In this document: positions 49,201 to 61,689 of the stretch, piece after piece
Position numbering within the stretch: position 1 is the stretch's first letter
Layout of the letters: each line of letters begins with the position of its first letter
Assembly: GCF_963921235.1 (NCBI RefSeq)
Contig: NC_086097.1
Span: 34,288,001-34,352,000 of the forward strand
DNA from: Mobula hypostoma
Taxonomy: Eukaryota
Direction of reading: 5' to 3'
DNA length: 64,000 nucleotides
Notes under the pieces: generated by a model
Told to the model about the DNA's origin: nothing
What the model saw: the letters and a program-made list of their open reading frames with translations, nothing else
The model's database searches: none
Program-made: the position numbers and the translations under genes

Positions 49201-51495
49201 GAGTACAAAGAAGGTTCACCAGATTGATTCCTGGGATGGCAGGACTTTCATATGATGAAAGACTGGATCGACAAGGCTTATACTCTCTGGAATTTAGAAG
49301 ATTGGGGGGCGGAATCTTATTGAAACATATAAAATTCTCGAGGGATTGGACATTTTAGATGCAGGAAGATTGGTCCCGATGTTGGGGAAGTCCAGAATGA
49401 GGGGTCACAGTTTAAGGATAAAGGGGAAGCCTTTTAGGACCGAGATGAGGGAAAACTCCTTCACACAGAGAGTGGTGAATCTGTGGAATTCTCTGCCATA
49501 GGAAACAGTTGAGGCCAGTTCATTGGCTATACTTAAGAGGGAGTTAGATATGGCCCTTGTGGCTAAAGGGATCAGGAGGTATGGAGGGAAGGCTGGTACA
49601 AGGTTCTGAGTTGGATGATCGGCCATGATCATACTGAATGGCGGTGCAGGTTCGAGGGGCCGAATGGCCTAGTCCTGCACCTATTTTCTATGTTTCTATG
49701 TTTCTATCTTCCCAGTGGACCAATCAATGTGGGGATTATGGCGGCTTAACCGGGGTACCCAAGAACTATAGAAGCTTAAGGAGAGGAAATTAGGTTAAGT
49801 TGTACCTGTTCCCAGAGAGAATCAAAGACAGTGATGGTGTACAGTGAGTGACTCGGGCCAGAAGTCTACCGTCCAGTGCCTGGGCTTCCAGAGGGGTACT
49901 CAATGGCTCCTGAGGAATTCTGGCCCGGGAAGCTTCATCCAACAGGTTTCCCTTGGCACCGGAGTCCACCAAGGTGGACAGAGACAGGGACTGTTGGTGG
50001 TAGCTTACAGTTGCTTGGATCTGCATCCGGGTTTGGGGGACAGAAGGGGATGTTGTCTGACTCTCCAGGGTCCCCCTTCTACTGGTGAGCCTTCCCTTTT
50101 GGGCTGAAGGGAACAGGTAGCACGAAAATGGCCAGACTGACCTCAATAGAGACAATCCCCTGTTCTGAATCTCCAGAGTCACTCTGTAGGAGAAAGACAG
50201 CTCGGTCCCAGCTGCATTGGTTCCTCTCCCGGGGCGGTGGAAACGGCCGGACCGGGAGCTATTCTAGGAGTGGGAGGAGGAGAGAGGTTAGGGTTGGGAG
50301 TAGATGCTAAAGCGTGCCGTGGGGTGACCAAAGGTGTAGGATGACCGGTCCTCTCCCTCTGACTCTCTCGGAGTCAGTTGTCCAGCCTGGTGGCTAGGGA
50401 AATCAATGAATCCAGGCTGTTAATATTATCCCTTTCCGCCAACTCGTCCTTTGCCATGTCACAGAGGCTTTGCCGAAATGCCTCCTGGAGTGCCTCATCA
50501 TTCCACCCCGAGTCGACCGCTAGCACCCGGAACTCCACAGAGTATCCGACAACACTGCGTGAGCCCTCGTGGGGGGTGAGTAGACGCTTAGTGGCATCTT
50601 TACCACAGACGGGATGGTCAAAAATCTTCCTCCTTTCTGAGATGAAGGTGGGGAATGAAGAGCAGGTCTCTAGCTGATTATCCTAAATCACGGTGGCCCA
50701 CGCTAAGGCACTTCCTCGCAACAACCCCATGATGTAAGCTATCTTTGATCTGTCCGTGGCGTACGTGGATGACTGCTGTTCAAACACCAATGAGCATTGC
50801 AGAAGAAAGGCCCGGCACTTCCCCAAATCCCCAGCGTAGGGTTCTGGTTCAGGGATGTGCGGCTGTCTTAGTGGTCGTATTGTCGACACGCAGGCTGTCC
50901 GGGCTGGTCAGACAGAGGACGGGTAAGATGAGCGGATACTCGGTCGACCTGTTCACTGACTTTTTTACATCCACTGACAGGGAACGGAGGTTCTCCATAA
51001 CATGCCAGAGCAGCTGATTGTGCAGGCCTAGTAGGGAGCCCTGGCTGATGAGGGCTTGATGTCCGCTGGTTTCATTTTTGGCCAGTTTGTTCTGTTGCAA
51101 GGAACAATTGAGGTGAACCCAACTGCAGGACACGGGCACGGAGATTGAGTAGGGACGCCTGTGCAGATGTGAACGTTGAACAGTAAACAGGAGGGATCTT
51201 GACATGGAGCCTCGATACGGAGTCTTGACGCGGAGACGGGTTTTCATGGAATATCTTGAAACTGGAGCTGAACTTAGAACTAACAATTCTAAGCGGTCGG
51301 GAAATGAAGTTATCACAAGGGAAAAGACCAATGAACTGGCGACCAGTGGTTGTGACGTCAGGGTTCTGAAACTGCAGTTCTTGATGGAGACCAGGTGTGC
51401 TGTCATCAAGCGAATTAGCAGTAAATGGGAAATTAACAACTGGAATCAAGGCATAATCAAAGCAAGATAGAGGATTAACAATCGGGACTATGACA
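46247..51495 (-). mobile_element. Sushi/Tf1-group (PEG10/RTL-like) Gypsy element: 5' LTR, gag, protease, partial RT, integrase; 3' end deleted; CR1 inserted
   Basis: LTR 51093-51495 (TG...CA); gag PEPYAGDLGKCRAFLLQC..KIAYIMGLLRGSALAWA; Zn knuckle near 50115-50160; protease LVDSGA; RT start [12 protein letters not shown]; integrase [18 protein letters not shown]. Confidence 0.92.
47421..49703 (+). mobile_element. CR1 LINE, 5'-truncated and frameshifted, same subfamily as 37508
   Basis: ORFs 47391-48056, 48044-49171 and 48972-49358 are pieces of one ORF2; TSD CTATCTT at 47414-47420 and 49704-49710. Confidence 0.96.
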
Positions 51496-51699
51496 ATATG
51501 TTTTCCTTACATTTAACCTCCCAAAGTGCAAACCTCACATTTGCCTAATGTACCTCGGCCTCTCATTTATCTGCCTATATTTCAAATTGATTAAAATCCT
51601 GCTGAATCCTTTGAAAACCTTCCCCACAATCTTTAACTCTGTCATTTTTTGTATCTTGTGTGGTGTTACCTACCAGCCCACCCCACCTATAACCACAAC

Positions 51700-52530
51700 A
51701 TTGGAAATGCGATGAAATACAATTTTGGAAAATGCACGGTCATGCACTTTGGTATAGAAATAAATATTTTTTCTGTATGGGGAGAAAATCCAAATATCAG
51801 AGATGCAAAGGGACTTGGGAGTCCTTGTGCAGAACAGCCTGAAGGTTAACTTACAGGTTGAGCCGGTGGTGAAGAAGCCAAAAGTAATGTTAGCATTCAT
51901 TTCAAGAGGTCTAGAATACAAGAGCAGGGATGTGATGCTGAGGCTTTATAAGGCACTGGTGAGACCTCACCTTGAGTATTGTGAACAGTTTTGGGCTCCT
52001 CATCCAAGAAAAGATGTGCTGAGGATTGGAGAGGGTTCAGAGGAAGTTCACAAGGATGAGTCTGGGGTTGAAAGGGTCATCATACAAGGAATGTTTGATA
52101 ACTCAGGGTCTGTACTCGTTGGAATTTAGAAGGATGGTTGGGGGTGGGGGGGAATCTCATTGAAGCCTTCCAAATGTTGAAAGACCTGGACAGAGTAGAT
52201 GTGGAAAGGATGTTTCCCTTCCCATGGAGTCTGGAACATGAGGGCACACCTCAGGATAGAGGGGCGTCCATTTAAATCCGAGATGCAGAGAAATTTCTTT
52301 CGGCAGAGGGTGCTGAATTTGTGGAATTTATTACCACGGGCAGCTGTGGAGGCCAGGTCATTGGGTGTATTTAAGGCAGAGCTTGATGGGTTCTTGATTG
52401 GACATGGCATCAAAGGTTACAGAGAGAAGACCAGGAAGTGGGGCTGAGGAGGGGAAAAATGGATTGGCCATGATTGAATGGCGGAATAGATTTGATGGGC
52501 CAAATAGCCTAATTCTGCTCCAGTGTCTTA
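51700..52530 (+). mobile_element. CR1 3' fragment (subfamily of 19720)
   Basis: QRDLGVLVQNSLKV..LYKALVRPHLEYC; tail homologous to 20400-20545. Confidence 0.9.
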
Positions 52531-52709
52531 TTTTCATCTGAATCATTTATATGCATCACAGATAACAGAGCATCTCTGTTGGTAGCTCTGAACAAAGGAA
52601 TTAGCGCTTGAAAGACATAGTACAAATCGGCCAACATCTTTCCAGCCTTCATTAGGGGTCATAGAGTCATGGGGTAATAGCACATGGCAGTATTTCCCTA
52701 ACCATTAGC

Positions 52710-52960
52710 GTAGCACAGCGGTGTAGTGGTTCGCACAATGCTTTACAGTGCCAGTGACCCAGGTTCAATTCTTGTCACTGTCTGTGAGGAGTTTGTACGT
52801 TCCTCCCATGAACGCACGGGTTTCCTCCAGGTGCTTTGGGTTCCTCCCGCAGTGAAAAACATACTGGTTGGTAGGTTAATTGGTCATTGTAAATTGTCCT
52901 GTGATTAGGCTAGGGTTAAATCGAGGGATTGCTAGGCGGTGTGTTCCACACTGTATCGAT
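52710..52960 (+). mobile_element. HE1/V-SINE
   Basis: A box 'cggtgtagtgg', B box 'ggttcaattc', V domain. Confidence 0.8.
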
Positions 52961-53075
52961 GAGATAGAGAGAGACAGAGACAGAGAAATAGCAAGATGCT
53001 ATCACAGCACTAGTGACCCAGGTTCAATTCCCACTGCTGTCTGTTAAGACTCTGTCCGTTCTCCCTGTGATCATG

Positions 53076-53749
53076 CAGGTACAGCAGACAGTGAAGAAAG
53101 CTAATGGCATGCTGGCCTTCATAACAAGGGGCATTGAGTATAGGAGCAAGGAGCTCCTTCTGCAGTTGTACAGGGCCCTGGTGAGACCACACCTGGAATA
53201 TTGTGTACAGTTTTGGTCTCCAAATTTGAGGAAGGACATTCTAGCTATTGAGGGAGTGCAGCAGAGGTTCACGAGGTTAATTCCCGGGATGGCGGGACTG
53301 TCATATGTCAAAAGATTGAAGCGACTGGGCTTGTATACACTGGAATTTAGAAGGATGAGAGGGGATCTGATTGAAACATATAAGATTATTAAGGGATTGG
53401 ACATGCTAGAGGCAGGAAACGTGTTCCCAATGTTGAGGGAGTCCAGAAGCAGAGGCCACAGTTTAAGAATAAGGGGTAGACAACTTAGAACGGAGTTGAG
53501 GAAAAACCTTTTCACACAGAGTGTTGTGGTTCTGCGGAATGCTCTGCCTGAGAAGACAGTGGAGGCCAATTCTCTGGATTCTTTCAAAAAAGAGTTAGAT
53601 AGCGCTCTTAAAGATAGCGGAGTGAAGGGATATGGGGAGAAGGCAGGAAAAGGGTACTGATTGTAGATGATCAGCCATGATCACAGTGAATGGTGGTGCT
53701 GGCTCAAAGGGCTGAATGGCCTACTCCTGCACCTATTATCTATTGTCTA
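53076..53749 (+). mobile_element. CR1 3' fragment inserted in a V-SINE (host about 52995-53065 and 53760-53890)
   Basis: ORF 53013-53660 is the CR1 C-terminus; TSD TGTGATCATG at 53066-53075 and 53750-53759. Confidence 0.92.
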
Positions 53750-53974
53750 TGTGATCATGTTGGTTTTCTCTGGGTGGTCTGTTTCCTCCCACATTCCAAA
53801 GACGTACGGGTTAATTGTTCACATGGGTGTAATTGCGCTGTGCAGGCTTACTGGGCCAGAAGAGCCTGTTACCATCCTATATCGCCAAACAAATTAAAAG
53901 CCCTTTGACCCATCTGGTCCAGGACAACCACAGCATCCACCCTGATGGTGCCAGTGGCTCACGTTCAGCACTTA

Positions 53975-54330
53975 AACCTTCAAGTGCAACCCCTCCATGG
54001 ATCTGTCCAAGTGCCTGTTAAATGTTGCAATTGTACCCATCTCGATCACTTCCTCTGATAGCTCATTCCAGGTACTCTGTGTAAAGGGGTTAGCTCTCAT
54101 GTGTATCATAAAGCTCTTCCATGTTATCTTGTATCTGCACACTCTAATTTTGGACTCCTCAACCCTGGAGTAGAGAGTATGACTATCCAGCTTATCTCTA
54201 CTGATTTTATAAACTTCTATGAGGTCACTCCTCATTCTCCCACACTCCATGGAATAAAGATCCATTGAGGCCAACCTTTCCCTATAACTCAGACACTCCG
54301 GTGCAAGAAGCATCCTCGTAAACCCTCCAG
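53975..54330 (-). mobile_element. Old CR1 3' fragment
   Basis: LSYRERL..LYSME..RMRSDLIEVYKI. Confidence 0.8.
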
Positions 54331-54344
54331 TACAAATAGCGTCG

Positions 54345-54626
54345 TGTGGCACGTGGTCAAGTGGCTAAGGTGTTGGTCTAGCGATCTGAAGGTCGTGAGT
54401 TCAAGCCCCAGCCGAGGCGGCGTATTGTATCCTTGAGCAAGGCACTTAACCCCACACTGCTCCAGTCCACCCAGCTGAAAATGGGTACCGGCAAAATGCT
54501 GGGCGTTAACCTCGCGATAGACTGGCGTCCTATCCGGGGGAGGGGGGGGGAGTCTCGTACTCTCAGTCGCTTCATCGCTTAATGCCACAGAAACCGGCAA
54601 GGCCCGGGGTCAGACTTTAACTTTAA
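54345..54626 (+). mobile_element. CpG-rich tRNA-derived CORE-type SINE
   Basis: A box TGGTCAAGTGG (54354-54364), B box GTTCAAGCC (54399-54407), CORE-like 'tccttgagcaaggcacttaacccc', (ACTTTA)2 tail. Confidence 0.82.
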
Positions 54627-55934
54627 GAAGTATCATCCTCATTCCTCACCCTCCCATCCAGGACAGACACCAGAAGCACTGTGTTTGCAGAGCCCTCTGC
54701 CTTGTCAAGGACCCCTCCAATCCATCCCACAATCTCTTTGACCGCCAGAAGATACCGCAGCATAAGAACAAGGGCTGTTAGGCTGGGTAACAGCTTCTTC
54801 CCCCAGTCTGTGAGACTTCTGAACGCCCTGTTACCACCCAGTGCACATTATCTATGACAGCTCCAGTAACATTACACTGTTGTATACTTAACTATATGTT
54901 GTATATACACTTGAGGTCAACTTGAACATCTGCAGAGTATCAGTTTGTTAATGTTATTGTGATGATATTATTTTATGTGCAGTATATGATGTACATACTG
55001 TCTTTTGCACCTTGGTCACAGAGGAACATTGTTTCATTTAGCTGTATACATGTGTACGCTTGAATGAAAATAAACTTGAACTTGAAATCTCATCTGCCCC
55101 CGCCACAGATTGAGAATGTCTTTCCCATAACAGGGTGATCAAAACTGTGTTGGGAGTGGGTACATGGCACGTGGCTGTGAGAAAATAGCTGAGCCCTCCC
55201 GGAGGAACTTACACAGATTTCTGAAGAGCAGGTCAAAGGTCATCTGTTGATGGACATTACCAGGGAGATTCCACAATTTGCCAGTGGAGCCCTTGCTTTC
55301 TGAAATGTGACCGTGACAAACCCAACAGATTCACAGGTGGAGTGTTGCCTCACCTGGAAGGAATGTTAAGGGCCCCAAATGGTGGAAAATGGAAAATTGC
55401 CTATCATTGATAAGTGGTGACTCTCAGAAGGGGAACTTGAGCAAGCTTCGAAAAGTTCAGACATTCTTAAGCAGAGGTTGATAGGCTCTTGATTAATTAG
55501 GGTGTCAGAGGACAGCAGGAGAAGAGGGATAATATATCAACCATGATAAAATGGCAGAGCAGACTCAATTACCCAAAAAGGCCGAATTCTGCTCCTGTGG
55601 CATATGGTCCTCTAATAAGAACTCATTGTAAATCCCTGGCAGCTTCCCAGAAAGGGCGGCAGCTCCTTCCTTTATCACTAGAATTTGTTATTAATTTCTG
55701 ACCAGATGGAACTACTTCTGTTTTCGCAGGATTTCCACTGGCATTTCCAGCCACTCAAGAGCTCGTTGAAACCACCTGAAGGTTTAGTAACTGGGATCCC
55801 AAATTGCCTCAGACAACCTAAGGTCTGTTGGGCTGACTTTGGGGAAAAGTACTCAATCCTTTACAGAACCCTCAGCTGGACTTTGGAATTATAAAAAGCT
55901 CTTTTTATATTTCCCCGTGAAAGAAAAGAGCCAT

Positions 55935-56810
55935 AAATACAAGAGATTCTGCAGATGCTGGAAATCCAGAGCAACCCGTAGAAAGTGCTGGAGGAACTCA
56001 CAAGTCTGCAGAGAGGAATAAAAAAATTGGTAGTTCCGAGTGAGATCTTTCATCAGGACTGGGAAGGAAGGGGAAAATGTCAGAATAAAAGGATAGGGGA
56101 AGGGGAAAGTGAAGGAGGACTAGCTGAAGGTGATACCTGAAGCCAGGTGGGTGGAGAGGGGGGTAGGGAGACAAAATTAGAAGGTGGGAGGCGATAGGTG
56201 GAAAAGGTAAAGGGCTGGAGGAGAAGAAGAAAGCTACTAAGTGAGCAAAGTGGACCATGGGAGAAAGGGAAAAAGGAGGGACACCAGGGAGAGGTGATAG
56301 GCAGGTGAGGAGAAGAGGTAAGAGGCCAGAGTGAGGAATTTAAGAAGAGGTAGGGGAGAGGAGGAGAGGGGGGAAAAATTCCTGGAAGTTGGAGAAATTA
56401 ATGTTCACGCCATCAGGTTGGAGGCTACGCTGACGGTATATGAGGCGTTGTTCCTCCAACCTGAGTGGCAGAAGAGGAGGCCATGGACTGACATGTCGGA
56501 ATGTGAGGGGGGACAGGAATTTAAATGGTCGGCCACCGGGAAATCCTGCTTTTTGCAGATGGGGTGGAGGTGCTCGGCAACGGTCCTCTAATCGACGGCG
56601 GCTCTCACCAGTGTAGAGGAGGCTGTGTCAGGAGCGCTGGATACAGCAGACAAACCCAGCGGGTTCACAGGTGAAGTGTTGCCGCACTCAAAGGCAGTGT
56701 TGGGGGGCCCCGAGTGGAGGTGAGGGAGGAGGTGAATGAGCAGGTTCTGTCACTTGCAGGGATGTGCCGGGACAGAGATTAGTGGGGAGGAGCAAATGGA
56801 CAGGGGAATC
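55935..56810 (-). mobile_element. Penelope-like element 3' part: degenerate GIY-YIG endonuclease plus terminal repeat
   Basis: Minus strand reads FTCEPAGFVCCIQ...LLYTGESRRRLEDR/AEHL...FPVADHLNS, a GIY-YIG pattern; pyrimidine-rich UTR; CAGTC-CTGATGA motif at 56050-56061. Confidence 0.8.
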
Positions 56811-57622
56811 ATCCTCCTACGCTCCAAGTATATTTTCTAATAATTCTGAGGAGACTCAAGGTCCCAAAAGGAAGGCAGCAGACTGCAAAAAGGTGGAACC
56901 TACAGCAGAAGGGAAGCAAAAGCAGTGGGTTGAGCACTGATACAAAGCTGATTATGAATCCGATGGCAAGGGAACGTCCTCCAGGGAGGTGAAGCAATGA
57001 AATGATCAACCAGGCAATTTGTAGCTTGCTTTGTTGTAAGTACAGTACTGGGAGAGCTTCTAAGTGGCACATGAAAGGGAAGGAAAATTATTTTATCTTG
57101 CAGCTTGGTCAGGCCAGAGAGGAGTGCAGAATTCAGCAGCAACACAGTGAATGATAATCAGAGTAACCACTGTTATGATGAAATAATAATTTAGGATGTG
57201 GGTGTAGATGGTTGGCTGCAGTGGTGTAATGTTAGACTTAGAATTAGACTTGCAATCCAGAGAAGTTGCTGAGTAAATCAAAGGGTTAATCTTACCCCCC
57301 CCCCCCCATTACTGCAATGGGAAATTTGATTTCAATGAAATAAATTTAGCAATAGTTATCATCACTGGGCGATTGTACTAACTCCTCTGGTTCTCGAGTG
57401 TCCTTGCTTCCTGTTTTCATCTACAGGTAACTCCAGATCCATGGCCCTGGGAATGATTGTAACTGTCCTTGGAAATACCCCTGCAGACCAAATAATTCAA
57501 GTGCAATTTAGAATGGGCAAAGGGTATTGAACTTGGCACACTTCTTGGATGGCTCTGATATCTGCATTTGCAAAAGATGACGTTTTAATCAACACTGGAA
57601 CGAAAAGAACACATAATTGAAC

Positions 57623-57829
57623 GGCAACACATCAAAGTTGCTGGTGGAATGCAGCAGGCCAGGCAGCAGCTCCAGGAAGAGGAACAGTCGACGTTTCGGG
57701 CTGCCGAGACCCTTCGACGAAACATCGACTGCACCTCTTCCTAGAGATGCTGCCTGGCCTGCTGCGTTCCACCGGCAACTTTGATGTGCGTTGCCTGAAA
57801 TTCCAGCATCGGCAGATTTCCTCATGTTT
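57623..57829. mobile_element. 207-bp palindromic Penelope-derived insertion
   Basis: Inverted arms 57623-57698 and 57718-57795; exact 12-bp TSD ACATAATTGAAC at 57611-57622 and 57830-57841. Confidence 0.88.
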
Positions 57830-60087
57830 ACATAATTGAACAGGTACGTTAGTGCCCAGGTCACAAAGAAGGTGAAAGGTAAAAAGGGTCAAAGTGGACC
57901 AAAAATTAGTTAATATAGATTTATAGATTAAGTCTAATCATGTTAATAGAGGAAAATTGGACCAAAAATTCAATGTGTTATATTTAGGCCACAGCAAGGA
58001 TTAGCTTGTAAAGGCACTGAAGGTGTGTCAGGAGTAAACCATTTGAGGTGAACAAAAAATTAGGCAAAGGAATATGACAGTTATGAATGGGGCTGCATCA
58101 ATACTTGCTGTGGTTACTAATCCAGTACCACTTGCCTTTGCTGTTTGCAGTGTATGTAAAAGAATCTGGAACAAGGACACGTGGTTTGTTAGTGGCATCA
58201 AACAGTCAAGAGGTAGGACATGGAGAGGTCAGCAAGTGAGTTTGTCAATGACCATGGTCTTATAAACACAAGGTGGAGTCTACGAGAGTCAGGAAAGAAA
58301 TCTTATCTCCATTTTGCAGGAAATAATGCTGAGGGATGGTCAATGTTTCAGCCCAAAACCCAGCATCCAAACTCAACCATCCCTCTGCCTCCATCGCTGC
58401 TGTCTAACCTGCTGTGTTTCTTCAACAGTCGTTTTTCTTACTCCAGATTTCAGCAATTGCAGTCTCCTTGTGTCTACATGTAGAAATAGAATAATTTAGG
58501 AAAATAAATGGTTGATGCCATTATTCCTTGGAGGTGTATAAATCCTAGCAAAATTACACAGGGCTCTGTTGTCCATACTTGCAACATTCTATGCAATTTT
58601 CATCCACAATCTGCATTTTTAAAACATTAACACAATAACTTAGCACCCATAGCTGAAGTAGAGAGATCCATAGATTTATAATCAACTATTCAAAGGAACA
58701 GGGTTATACAACATGGAAACAGACCATTTTAACTGTTGTTAATGCCAGGGGGCAGAAGTGAGTGTAGTTGCTATTACTAAGGAAAAGGTGCCTGGGAAAC
58801 TGAAAGGTCTAAAGGTGGATAAGTGATGGACGACGCACCACGGTTCGAAAGAACTAACTGAAGAGATTGGGGAGGCTGTAGTAATAAGTTTCATAAATTT
58901 TCTCTGCATTCTTTCCTGTGAATGGCATCTTGCCTGTAGCAGGGCAACCAAAACTGAATCAGTATTCTAAATGGGACCTCACTGATGTCTTGGTCAAGAG
59001 TAACATAACATCCCATCTCCTGTACGCAATGCCCTGCCTGATGAAGGCTAGCTTGCTAACTGTTCCAGACCAACCAAACTTCTTTGCTTCTCCAGTCTAA
59101 GATTAAGACTGACGTTCCTCATCTTTGGAACCATTTTTGAACTTTGATATCAATGTTTCCTGAATCTTCTTCAGCATCTTTACATTCTTCTTAAAATATG
59201 CTGAGTAGAATTAGATACAATATCGCACCTGTAGCCGAAACACCATTTTAGATAAGTTCAGCATGACCTCTTGGTGTTGTGCTGCATGCAACTATTTATG
59301 AATCTCACCTAAAACGTTAAACTTGACCCCGCATCCTCCCCACATGCTTCCAGTTTTAATGATTTTAGGTGATGAGCCAGACATTCCATCTATTCTCAGG
59401 GGCTAGATCAAATGAAGTGTGTTTCAATTTTAGCATCAGGTTTATCTTTAACCCACAGAATACAATTCTCTGGGCTTTGAAATCTAATATGTGTGCATTG
59501 ACAGATAATTAATATGTTTGGATGAATCCTTATTTCTAATAACTGAAGCACCATTTCTTCTCTAAAATACAGTAAATCATAACTCTGTGACAGTATCAAA
59601 AGGATGACTAGTACACAGATACATTCAGCAATTCATCCATTATGACCAATAGTAATATCTCATTTGATACTAATGGCAATCCTCATTATTGTGCATACTT
59701 TATAGAAATTAATGACACAAACACTTTGTCAAATAAACTATACAAGGGACAATATATCCACACAGCTCCTTTGTAGCCATAACCCACTCTCATTTTAATC
59801 ACATTGTGTTATGTTTGGAGGCTAGATTGAACTTTAATGTACTGGACTGTACTTAGAGTTTAGCTCCATGTAAACTTTTCCCTTTGGGGGAAAAAAAAGA
59901 CTTCTGTTCTGTTTATCTTCTGTCAAAACAATTCTCCAAATAAAACTTTAAAAGTACCACAAAACGAAAGCCCTTTTAATAAAATAAAATAGTCATTGGA
60001 TAATACAGCACAGATATAGGCTCCTCAGACTAACCACAGTGCCCACCCAGCTCGTCCCAATTTCCTGCATTCAGCTTATCTGCCTCA

Positions 60088-61680
60088 ATTAGGGGTAGAT
60101 GCTTGCAAGGGAGAGTCGAAGTTCCCCCTCTTACCGACAGGTGCCCTCTTTACTGGGCACTCTTATCATGATACCTGGAAGTGTCCTGGAGTGCCACAGC
60201 AGATGCAACAACCTGTTCCCCTGTGCTGATCTCACTCCTCCTGAGATAGATGAAGGCCTCCCCCCCCCCACCGCCCCCTCCTGCATGGCTCCTCTGCGGA
60301 CTGTGTACCGGGTGACAGGAGAGAGAATGAAGTTCTAAGGAGCATAAACCTTGGGCATTCCTTCTCTGCACCTCTAAGTTGCCCTGTTGTCTAGTCGAAT
60401 GGCCAGATTTATCAGGTCATTCCGGCGGGCCTGTTCAGCATGAACTGCGATCTCATGCTGGACCTGTGCGTTCAGCTCACGGTGGAAAGCAGTAATGAGG
60501 ATCTCTCATTCCATCCTGTCACAACTGCAAGAATGTGGAACTTTACTACATATTCCCTCGCTGTCCCTCTTCCTTAACACAGGTCCTGGAGTTGGTGGGT
60601 AGCCTCCTGACCCCATACTGGAAGATCAAACACTTCTTGAACCTGACTATAAATTGCTAGGAATAGAGGGTAGCAGGGGATCCTTGTTCTTGTAGAGCAT
60701 TGATCAGGCTGAGTAGGGGTCCATCTAGAAGATTCACCTTGTAGTCTAGTTTGTGCACATCATCACTGAACTGACTTGGCTAAGCTTGGAAAGTCAGCTC
60801 ACACTGGGTAATAAAGTTCTTTCAGGCATCAGGATCACCGGAGTATCTGCCTGGTGGAGGAATGCCCAGTTCAGATGTGTAAGCTGCCAAGGAAATCAGG
60901 GGATTGGTAGCTGCTGGGGAGGAGGATGTGGGAGGTGCTGATGTTGGGGGTGAGGCTATCTTGGTAGATGGATGCTGAGCAGCAGCAGGGAGAGCAGTAA
61001 TGGCAGCCACCTGATGCCGGCTGTCCGTAGTGAGTTGCTGAGCCATTGCTGTGAGCGCAGCCACCCGTTCTTCCTGCGTTCACTGGGCTTGCCACTCTGG
61101 AAGCAACTGTCGCACCGCATGAACCGTTTCTGCCAACCCAGCCTCCACTGACTTTAACTCCTCCATCTGGCCAACAAAATTCAGGTCAGATGTTCTCTCT
61201 CCTCTGGGTCCATCTTGACGGTCAAGTCTTGCCGACAGGATGTTCCGTGATAGCCCAAGTGCAGGGGGAGATACACCAAAGTGGATTGAACTGTCCACTG
61301 AGTTTTAACACAAACAAAAGGAAAATATTAAACACTAGACCAGCAGAGCTAGTATCTAAAACTCCCAAGTGTAAGTCAGCACCGTCTCTGTGGCTCAGAA
61401 GCAGTAATTTTAAAGTAAATTCATACCGATCCATTATAGCATTAGTCTAAATTATAATCTTCTTTCTGGGAATGTGGACAGAGGAAAGCAGGGAGCATTA
61501 CTATTACTGCGCTTCAGTCAAGACTCAATGAGATTGAAACAAAACAAAGGGAGTTAAATACAGCCACAAAGAAACCCCAATTGGCTGGAAGGTGCATTAT
61601 CATGAGCACGATTTCCAACCCCTTTCAGCAGCCCGCCTACAAGGACACCCAGACCCTGCGTAGAGTCCATGGTCGTAATA
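60088..61680 (-). mobile_element. Second, more degraded Sushi/RTL-like Gypsy: 5' LTR plus gag only
   Basis: Probable LTR about 61246-61680; gag start MDPEE at 61213; IPPPGRYSGDP..FITQCELTF; decayed knuckle CICCGTPGHF near 60170-60210. Confidence 0.72.
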
Positions 61681-61689
61681 CTTTGGAAT

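Noticed and set aside
50683..51074. Domesticated PEG10/RTL-like gag gene
   Set aside because: It has stops and frameshifts, an adjacent LTR and a CR1 insertion downstream; it is a decaying retrotransposon.
54345..54420. Functional tRNA gene (also 18544, 36263, 52710)
   Set aside because: These are tRNA-like heads that run into SINE bodies and tails; no convincing cloverleaf or terminator.
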